DNA from: a virus
Reading direction: 5' to 3' (one strand)
IMG/VR virus record: IMGVR_UViG_3300030103_003268
Location: 1 to 64,000 of that record
Length of the DNA stretch: 64,000 bases
This document shows, in pieces, positions 57,386 to 64,000 of this stretch. The position numbers were made by a program, and so were the translations under genes. How positions within the stretch are numbered: position 1 is the first letter of the stretch; each line of letters opens with the position of its first letter. The notes beneath the pieces are model-generated. The model worked only from the letters and a program-made list of their open reading frames with translations, was not told where the DNA came from and searched no databases.

Positions 57386-59026
57386 TCACCCCTGCAAAAC
57401 CCAATGAGTCTTAACTGTGCATGAGTTTAATGTTCTCGGCATAACTGTTCCTTCAACGGTAATTGGGCCTTTATCATCAGGAATAGTAAAGTTTGCAGAA
57501 CTAAGGAAATAGTCTTGGAACTTCATCAAAATCTGTTCTCCATTTGCTTTATCAAATTGTAGAGTTAAGAGAGTATCTGTTGCACTACCTACTTCTGTTT
57601 GATTTAACAATTCTTCAAACAATTTATCATCAGTCACCATAGCAGTAAAAGAAACTTCATAGGTTCTTTGTGCTGGAATAGCGTCTTTGATTGATTTATT
57701 ACCAATACCCACAAATCTCTTGTCTTGAAGATTATTGTTGATGGTCAAAGTAAGGTTTGTAATTTTCAAGAACTGTTGTCCAAATACGCTGAACAATCCA
57801 CTTGAAAAGAAGAAAGGCTCTAAAAATTCAGCATCTTTATCAGTTGTGCTTGAGTCATTGGCTTGCTCAAAATTAAATAATTGACGATTATCAGTAATTC
57901 CGCCTCTTGCTTCATAATTTTCATCTTGCTCTAATTTGTGAACTGCTCTTGCATTTAAGTCAAGAGTCATTTTAATTTCTTCATTTTCGTTAGCCGTCAT
58001 TGTTAAGGTATTGACTCGGTTTCCTCTAGCAATACGAACAAAAGTAGTATCTTCTGAACCGGATGCAGTATTCGTAGTTAATGTGCTAGTCTTAGCCAAA
58101 GTTTGTTCTAAAGCAAAAGAAGGTAGTTTTTCACCATTTGCTTCTTCAAATTTGTAAGTAATTGGGTTTGTTAAAGCAGTTGCAGTAGTAGTTGTTCTAT
58201 TGACTAATTCTGTAGTTGCCGCAGTATCAAATCCGTTAAGAAGAGGTGGGAGTAAAGTATCTGATGCTCTCGCTGTTTTGTAAAAGATTGGGCCTTGTTC
58301 TAAAAATGTAGTAATTGTGTGTTCTCCAGTAGCATTAGATGATTCAAGATAAACATGCCGTCTATCATCAACAGTAGGAGTTCCATGAGCATTTAATACA
58401 TCAGCAGGAGAATGACCCGAAGGGTTCCCAAATGTAGCAGTAATTTCTGTGCATCGTCCCAAAGCATAATATAGAAAAGCACCATGATTTGCGACAAGAT
58501 TAAGATTTGCTGCACCTGCGGTTTCAATGCCTTTATATTGATAAGTATAGTTTCTTGAACCACCGAGAGACAAATTTAATTGTTTCATCTCTACCTCAAC
58601 ATCAGGGAAGGTAGCACTTTCAAGAATACCTAACCAATTATCAGCATTAAGCCTCTTTGTGTTAGTAGACTTTTCACCAACGCAAGGTGCGCCATATCCT
58701 CTAATATGAATAAAATCCCCAGAAATAATTGTTCTTGGGTCAGGGCTTAAAGTAATATCATTGTCAGTATTACTAGTAATGGTATGGGTAGAAATAACAG
58801 TTGTCTGTGCGGCATTTGCATATAATTCAACAATGCAACCCACATATAAGTTATTAACCATCAAGAAATGAGTTGCCCAACTACTATGGACTTTTACTGT
58901 ATTTGTATTTGCGGCGTTATCTCCGCTTCCTGTGCTGTTTGAATGGTCAAGTGGAATATACAAATCCACTTCGGGAACCATTGTTAAACTTGCTTGACTT
59001 CCTAAAAATATATCTTCTGCGCTCAT
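57386..59026 (-). CDS. Major tail (tube) protein with insertions
   Basis: SFALEQ, GNRVNTLTM, LTINNNL, RTYEVSF patterns; position upstream of the chaperone. Confidence 0.75.
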   Translation of the reverse strand: MSAEDIFLGSQASLTMVPEVDLYIPLDHSNSTGSGDNAANTNTVKVHSSWATHFLMVNNLYVGCIVELYANAAQTTVISTHTITSNTDNDITLSPDPRTIISGDFIHIRGYGAPCVGEKSTNTKRLNADNWLGILESATFPDVEVEMKQLNLSLGGSRNYTYQYKGIETAGAANLNLVANHGAFLYYALGRCTEITATFGNPSGHSPADVLNAHGTPTVDDRRHVYLESSNATGEHTITTFLEQGPIFYKTARASDTLLPPLLNGFDTAATTELVNRTTTTATALTNPITYKFEEANGEKLPSFALEQTLAKTSTLTTNTASGSEDTTFVRIARGNRVNTLTMTANENEEIKMTLDLNARAVHKLEQDENYEARGGITDNRQLFNFEQANDSSTTDKDAEFLEPFFFSSGLFSVFGQQFLKITNLTLTINNNLQDKRFVGIGNKSIKDAIPAQRTYEVSFTAMVTDDKLFEELLNQTEVGSATDTLLTLQFDKANGEQILMKFQDYFLSSANFTIPDDKGPITVEGTVMPRTLNSCTVKTHWVLQG

Positions 59027-59055
59027 GTTATTTCTCCCCCTTCCTAACAAACTTA

Positions 59056-59568
59056 CTAGGGAATAGATAATGCGAATCTTTTTGCTTCTAAATTGACTTT
59101 ATATCCGAATAAACGCTTGGCTCTATCATTTGATTCGCTTCTTGAACCAACAAACAACTGATTGAACTTTGAGCCATCACTTGCTGTATAGCCCTTGCGC
59201 TTACCCTCAAGAACCCTACGAAGAATCAAGTATATAGCCCTTAGCCTGTCTTTTCCGTGTGAGGCATCAGCACCGCCTCGCTCATCGTGGAGAACCCGAA
59301 TATGAAGGGTAAAGGAATAAGTTTCATTTCTTACATCATAATGAATTGTTGGGTATGTAATTGACTGTGAATCTTCAAAAACAACAATTGTTGCAGGTGT
59401 TCTACTTAAATCAACACGAACACCTTTATTGGCAGACAATGTTCTAATATCAATAAAATCTGGCGTAACGGCGTGGTCTGAACTAATTTCTCCTGCACTT
59501 ACAAGAGCAGTGGCATTAGACGACCAATTGTTTGATAACAAATCTAAGAGAAGAGAGACTTCATCCAA
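59056..59568 (-). CDS. Tail terminator/completion-like protein
   Basis: Size and position upstream of the tail tube gene. Confidence 0.55.
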   Translation of the reverse strand: MDEVSLLLDLLSNNWSSNATALVSAGEISSDHAVTPDFIDIRTLSANKGVRVDLSRTPATIVVFEDSQSITYPTIHYDVRNETYSFTLHIRVLHDERGGADASHGKDRLRAIYLILRRVLEGKRKGYTASDGSKFNQLFVGSRSESNDRAKRLFGYKVNLEAKRFALSIP

Positions 59569-59759
59569 TTTTCCACCTCCGCATTAATTTGTTTTTCAAT
59601 TGATTTTTGATATTCTTCTAAAGCAAACTTCATTACTTCATCATCACTAAAACCAATATCAATTCCTAATGATTCCGAAACGGCTTGCATGGCTAACTGT
59701 CTTTCTTTTTGAATAGTCAATAACTGGTCAAATGCAGAGAGGTCAATCTTAATTGCCAC
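59544..59759 (-). CDS. Hypothetical protein
   Basis: ORF track. Confidence 0.6.
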   Translation of the reverse strand: MAIKIDLSAFDQLLTIQKERQLAMQAVSESLGIDIGFSDDEVMKFALEEYQKSIEKQINAEVENWMKSLFS

Positions 59760-59761
59760 AA

Positions 59762-59965
59762 TTAATACCCCTCATGATAATAATCTCCATATGCTCTTGC
59801 ATCTGCCGAATCATTTAATAAGTCTAATTTACAATCTTCACAAAGATTTTCAGGTTCGTAGCCCATTTCTCTAGCCATTTTATTACCCATTTCATCATAT
59901 TGGCTATATGTAGCAGGTTGTTTCTTACAGCGAACACACATATTTTTAATTATATTTTTCCACAT
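59762..59965 (-). CDS. Small Zn-finger protein with N-terminus MWKNIIK
   Basis: CVRC...LCEDC. Confidence 0.65.
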   Translation of the reverse strand: MWKNIIKNMCVRCKKQPATYSQYDEMGNKMAREMGYEPENLCEDCKLDLLNDSADARAYGDYYHEGY

Positions 59966-59970
59966 AATAA

Positions 59971-61275
59971 TCAATCCAAGAAATAAACTAAATCTCCCTT
60001 GCCTTTCAAAATATCCATAGCCTCTTTACGAAGTATATCATACTTTTCTTTTGTTGAAATATTACCACCCGATTCGGTAATTAGAATACTTTGGTCGTCA
60101 TGCCGGATAATTTCAGAAGCAACTAACTTAGTCGTTGCTTCGTGAATTGCAGACGGCACTCTATTATCACCGGCAATATATGAAACAATAACTGAATTAT
60201 TTCTATGATAGGGATAGTCCTTCAAAAAGAAAATACGCCCCTCTTCATTAATTGTCCAGAAATCACCAAGCCTTCTTAAGTCTTCTTTATCTGTAAATAC
60301 TTCTATTGTGCAAACTGTCGGTATTTCATTTTCTGTGGTAAATGTTAATGGTGTTGAAAATGCTCCGCCCGTTGAGGAATGACTCAAAGTAATAGTTGTT
60401 GAATCTACAATAGCAGCAATTGTGGTTGAAGTCACTATATTAACTGCTCCGCTAACCACCATACCTACTGCTAATTTGCTAGAATCAGCAACAGTAAGGT
60501 TTGTTGAGTTATTGCCCGAACATGACTGTTTTATGGTGGCCTTGATGACACAATCTGCCCCATCATCCCCCGAAAGTAGGGATGAGATGAGAATTTGTTT
60601 CCCGTTTGACTTGGCCTTCGCACCATAGAAAAAGTCAGAAATGGCTAGATTAGAAGAAATAAGACTTTTTGGTGCAGTTGCTTTAGTAAATTGAGACATT
60701 GAAGGAAAAGACTCGTTTATTAAAGAAACAATATCATTAGCGGTAGTTTTTATTCCAAAGGTTGTATTGAATTCATCATTTCCTAAACTACTAACATCAA
60801 CTTCGCTTTTCATTTCAAAAGATACGCCACTATTAGGCAACTGAAGAATAATAGAATGCAAGTCTCTATAATTGTCTTGTAGAGTAATTTTTGCTTGAGC
60901 CGAAGCAATTTCAATATATTGACTTCCTTGCCACAATTGAAGAGAAACAATCTTTCTTACCTTCATCTTTGATAATTGCACAAAACCGACATGACCTCCA
61001 TAATACGCCTTATGCGGGAGGCGAGAAAATTCAAAGTTATGGTGTTCATCCTTTGTGATAATTGGTCGGTATGAACGCTTCACCTTGTCATCAACAATAC
61101 CCTCCACCCTTTTGATGATTGACCCGACTTGAGCCAATGTGGGGAAGGTAGATGCTGAAAAAGCGGGAACTTGTAAGAGATTCGCAACCTCAGTAGCGTT
61201 GGTATAATGTCCTCTTCCATCCGAATATAGCGGATTAATTTCCGTAAAATCGCTAGGCGAGATTGTTTGTCCCAT
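59971..61275 (-). CDS. Head-tail adaptor/neck protein with an inserted domain
   Basis: YTNATEV N-terminus; VIVSYIAG..VPSAIHEA C-terminus, typical of gp6/gp15-like adaptors. Confidence 0.65.
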   Translation of the reverse strand: MGQTISPSDFTEINPLYSDGRGHYTNATEVANLLQVPAFSASTFPTLAQVGSIIKRVEGIVDDKVKRSYRPIITKDEHHNFEFSRLPHKAYYGGHVGFVQLSKMKVRKIVSLQLWQGSQYIEIASAQAKITLQDNYRDLHSIILQLPNSGVSFEMKSEVDVSSLGNDEFNTTFGIKTTANDIVSLINESFPSMSQFTKATAPKSLISSNLAISDFFYGAKAKSNGKQILISSLLSGDDGADCVIKATIKQSCSGNNSTNLTVADSSKLAVGMVVSGAVNIVTSTTIAAIVDSTTITLSHSSTGGAFSTPLTFTTENEIPTVCTIEVFTDKEDLRRLGDFWTINEEGRIFFLKDYPYHRNNSVIVSYIAGDNRVPSAIHEATTKLVASEIIRHDDQSILITESGGNISTKEKYDILRKEAMDILKGKGDLVYFLD

Positions 61276-61276
61276 T

Positions 61277-62983
61277 TCAAGCACCAATCATTTTCTTTAA
61301 AGCCCGAATGTTTTTCTTTAGTTTATTAACATAATTAGCCATGGGCTTATTTTGACTTCTTCTTGCTCCACTTAAATTAAATTCACCATGATTAGTCACT
61401 TCAAATTCTACTACAACAATAGAGTTTTTAAAGGCATCAATTAACCCATCTTTAGGAATAGGAACCATTGAAAACTTTTCTTTTCCAAAATCTGCGGCAC
61501 TTCTTGTTTGAAAGGTTCTTTTAACTTTACCTTCCGAGTCTTCGGATTCATTAAACTGAAATACCGAAATTTCAGATTTATAGTTATTCTTTTCTTCTTT
61601 GCTAAGATTCTTATATTCTTCTTCGGAAATAAAAATCTTACTTCCATCTTTATTTTTCTTAGTTTTATGACTGAATGCCTTTTTAGATTGTTCTTCAATT
61701 TGTTCAGGAGTTAAACCCTTACCACTAAAATCTTCAATATTTTTCATTGCGTCAAGAGCCATATCTTTATAAGTCTGTTCGGTCTTTTTTGAGTTTTTAA
61801 TAGTAGCATAACATTTTACAGAAAAGACAGCATCGGGAACAACTAAAAATTTGTTAAGTATTCTCATAATGGCTTCTTCATTATCAATAAAGAATCCTTC
61901 GGGTGTTCCTGAACTGCCGTCAAATGGAAACTTAACTCTTACTTCTCTTGTTGATTCTGCAAAAGTATAAAAATAATATTTATCACCTATCTGGACAATA
62001 TCTTCTTCTCTCATTAAATCTGTCCTATTTAAATCCATTCGTGCGGCTGAAATAACTACAATGTTTAAATCCTCAGTAAGTCCGGTGGGCATAGGCATTT
62101 TTTCTCCTACCTGCTCAAACATTTTATTACCATCTTCATCTTCTACTAATTTCATTTCAGTAATAGTGTTTTTACTTTCAAATTCGCCTGAAATTTGTTC
62201 AATGTGTTTTTCGGGTAAATCAAAAGCATAATCAAAGGTTTCTTTTCCTATTTTTGACTTGGTATTTCTTTCTCTAAAAGCGGCCTCTTGTCCTGTCTCT
62301 TCTAGGATAAAATCAGTTTTTGCAGCAATTAAAGCCCCTTCATCGAAAAAAGGAAATCTGGCTTCCATATGTGCTTTTAATCCGCTTATATCTGAATCAA
62401 AACCATAAGTATATTTTCCTTCTTGGCCTACTCCTTTATGTTGGCGAATAGTAATATCATAAGAAACATCAAAGTCATCTACTTCTAGTTTCTTACCTTC
62501 TTCTGTTTGTTCTATTTTCTTTAGTTTATTTTTAGCATACCAAGATTCAAAGTCAAAATCTGGCAATTTAGTAATTCCGCTTTGAATAAAAGAAACATCT
62601 GTCCCTCTAAGCCTACCCAAAACTCTATTATTAGACAAGTCTTTTAATTTTTTATTTTTAATAAACTCTACATTTGCAGTATTTGGTTTAGGTTCTTGTC
62701 CTTGCTTTCTTCTCAATTGAGAAAATCGGTTCCAACCACTAGGCTCTTTCTTTAATTCTTCTTCTAAAGAATCATCTAAAACTGTTTCTAATATAGACTT
62801 TAGTTCTTCATCTAATTTTTCTAAATTAACTTCGCTTTCTTCTACGCTTTCCCTAGCAATCCTTAGTTTATTACGAAAAGATTTTTGTCCTTCTGTAATA
62901 TAATCTCTCATTTGAGTTTGAACATAATCTTTAGATTTGGGTAGAGAAAGAGTTTGATTACCCCATCTAAAACTAACAGACAT
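61277..62983 (-). CDS. Hypothetical protein, charged, 568 aa
   Basis: ORF track; GAGGTGA RBS. Confidence 0.75.
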   Translation of the reverse strand: MSVSFRWGNQTLSLPKSKDYVQTQMRDYITEGQKSFRNKLRIARESVEESEVNLEKLDEELKSILETVLDDSLEEELKKEPSGWNRFSQLRRKQGQEPKPNTANVEFIKNKKLKDLSNNRVLGRLRGTDVSFIQSGITKLPDFDFESWYAKNKLKKIEQTEEGKKLEVDDFDVSYDITIRQHKGVGQEGKYTYGFDSDISGLKAHMEARFPFFDEGALIAAKTDFILEETGQEAAFRERNTKSKIGKETFDYAFDLPEKHIEQISGEFESKNTITEMKLVEDEDGNKMFEQVGEKMPMPTGLTEDLNIVVISAARMDLNRTDLMREEDIVQIGDKYYFYTFAESTREVRVKFPFDGSSGTPEGFFIDNEEAIMRILNKFLVVPDAVFSVKCYATIKNSKKTEQTYKDMALDAMKNIEDFSGKGLTPEQIEEQSKKAFSHKTKKNKDGSKIFISEEEYKNLSKEEKNNYKSEISVFQFNESEDSEGKVKRTFQTRSAADFGKEKFSMVPIPKDGLIDAFKNSIVVVEFEVTNHGEFNLSGARRSQNKPMANYVNKLKKNIRALKKMIGA

Positions 62984-62993
62984 TCATTTCACC

Positions 62994-63644
62994 TCACATT
63001 AACCATTTAGCCCAAGCCGCACCCTTTTGGATTGCTGCACTTAAATGAAGCCCGCTTGAAGGAGGCTCATAACTCATTTGTCCTTGAGCATCAATCCAAT
63101 AAGGACGACCATATCCATCTGTTCCGTTTGGAGGAATAGGGTAGCCTGTTCCATTGTTCATGGCTCCTTGCATTTGCTGATACTGTTGAGTATTTCCAGT
63201 AACATTGGCTAAAGCCATCCCTGCTGATGGCTGTTGCATACCTCCGCCATTAAATCCTTGTGATTCAAGATATTGCTGTTTAGCCATCTTTCTCTGCATA
63301 ACAACTTCAGTATTGATTGCTGACTGTAATAACTTTTGAATATCTAAGTCAATATTTTCTTGAGTAATTCTTTCATATTCACGGAGAGCATCTCTATTTA
63401 TTGTAAGGCTGCTCCCATTAGAATCAAAACTTAACTTAGCCAACATTTGAGAAACAACTCTTTCAACAACATCTTCCATCAACTTTTCAAGAGCAATTAA
63501 GAATTGTTCTCCATGATATTGAAAAAATTCTTCAACATGATTTTCTTGTAATGAAAGTAAATTGTTCACTGTTTTAAACTGTGTATCGCTTTGTGCTTGA
63601 ACTGCACCCAACACGGTGCTATTGCTTGTCCCTAGTATTCCCAC
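62994..63644 (-). CDS. Hypothetical protein with a Q/G/P-rich C-terminus
   Basis: ORF track; GGAGG RBS; GTG start. Confidence 0.75.
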   Translation of the reverse strand: MGILGTSNSTVLGAVQAQSDTQFKTVNNLLSLQENHVEEFFQYHGEQFLIALEKLMEDVVERVVSQMLAKLSFDSNGSSLTINRDALREYERITQENIDLDIQKLLQSAINTEVVMQRKMAKQQYLESQGFNGGGMQQPSAGMALANVTGNTQQYQQMQGAMNNGTGYPIPPNGTDGYGRPYWIDAQGQMSYEPPSSGLHLSAAIQKGAAWAKWLM

Positions 63645-63646
63645 TT

Positions 63647-64000
63647 CTATTCCTCCTTAATTTTCTGTTCTTCTGGTAATTCGTTTTGTGCTTGAACACC
63701 GTTCTTTAGCATCAAATGGTTTAGCCTCTCTGTCATAATGTTCATTTCTGCAATTAAGCGAATGACTTCATCGGTGGCCGTCTTTGTGTCTGCTAAGGCG
63801 GGTGGGGTTATAAACCAACCTGCCGCCGTAAGGGACATAACATCTTCCTTTGTTAGTGTTTTAATTGGGCCACCTTTAAGCATTTTAGGCATTCTTGGTT
63901 TAAAGGCACTAAATTCAAGCCCATGTTTATCTGCTAAAATCTGTTGTTGTAGCATTTCTAGTTGCATATAAATTGAAGCATGTTTAGGGCAATAAGTTCC
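63647..64000 (-). CDS. Hypothetical protein, probably truncated by the window edge
   Basis: Frame stays open from the window end through 63647. Confidence 0.65.
   Translation of the reverse strand, partial: GTYCPKHASIYMQLEMLQQQILADKHGLEFSAFKPRMPKMLKGGPIKTLTKEDVMSLTAAGWFITPPALADTKTATDEVIRLIAEMNIMTERLNHLMLKNGVQAQNELPEEQKIKEE

Noticed and set aside
44851-61275. Contractile (myovirus) tail
   Set aside because: No recognisable sheath or baseplate wedge genes; the tube-chaperone-tape measure order fits a non-contractile tail.
8158-63971. Numerous short antisense or out-of-frame ORFs overlapping long genes (e.g. 8701-9024, 26695-27096, 47102-47509, 55935-56369)
   Set aside because: Shadow ORFs of well-supported genes, with no motifs or RBS.

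Overview
This window looks like part of the genome of a tailed dsDNA virus of a euryarchaeal host, most consistent with a magrovirus-like virus of Marine Group II (Poseidoniales). That assignment is inferred from gene content and GGTGA/GGAGG ribosome-binding sites, not from a database search. Layout: (1) 1-1700, minus strand: small ORFs. (2) ~1800-5750: an array of ten palindromic CAAAG..CCATATGG..CTTTG repeats. They delimit small cassettes that mostly carry a gene with its own promoter, and include two 691/692-bp paralogous cassettes and a ~550-nt ORF-poor structured cassette. (3) ~5860-6320: short TGAGAY repeats at the strand switch, a candidate origin. (4) 6472-44677, plus strand: early and replication arm with UvrD-like helicase, tRNA-Leu(TAA), tRNA-Arg(TCT), pyrimidine-dimer glycosylase, class II RNR, TFB, MazG-like protein, GroES/GroEL, PC4, ATP-dependent ligase, histone-fold candidates, RFC subunits, SSB, PCNA, a split PolB with an HNH insertion, Cas4-like nuclease, primase, ERCC4 nuclease, AAA+ helicase and DEDD exonuclease. 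This arm also holds a dispersed ubiquitin-like system (Ubl ending GG-SY, ThiF/E1, JAB protease). (5) 44851-64000, minus strand: siphovirus-like tail and neck module with a -1 frameshift in the tail assembly chaperone. The two most interesting items are the repeat-delimited cassette array and the viral Ubl/E1/JAB system. All functional calls come from motif recognition by eye; no searches were run.
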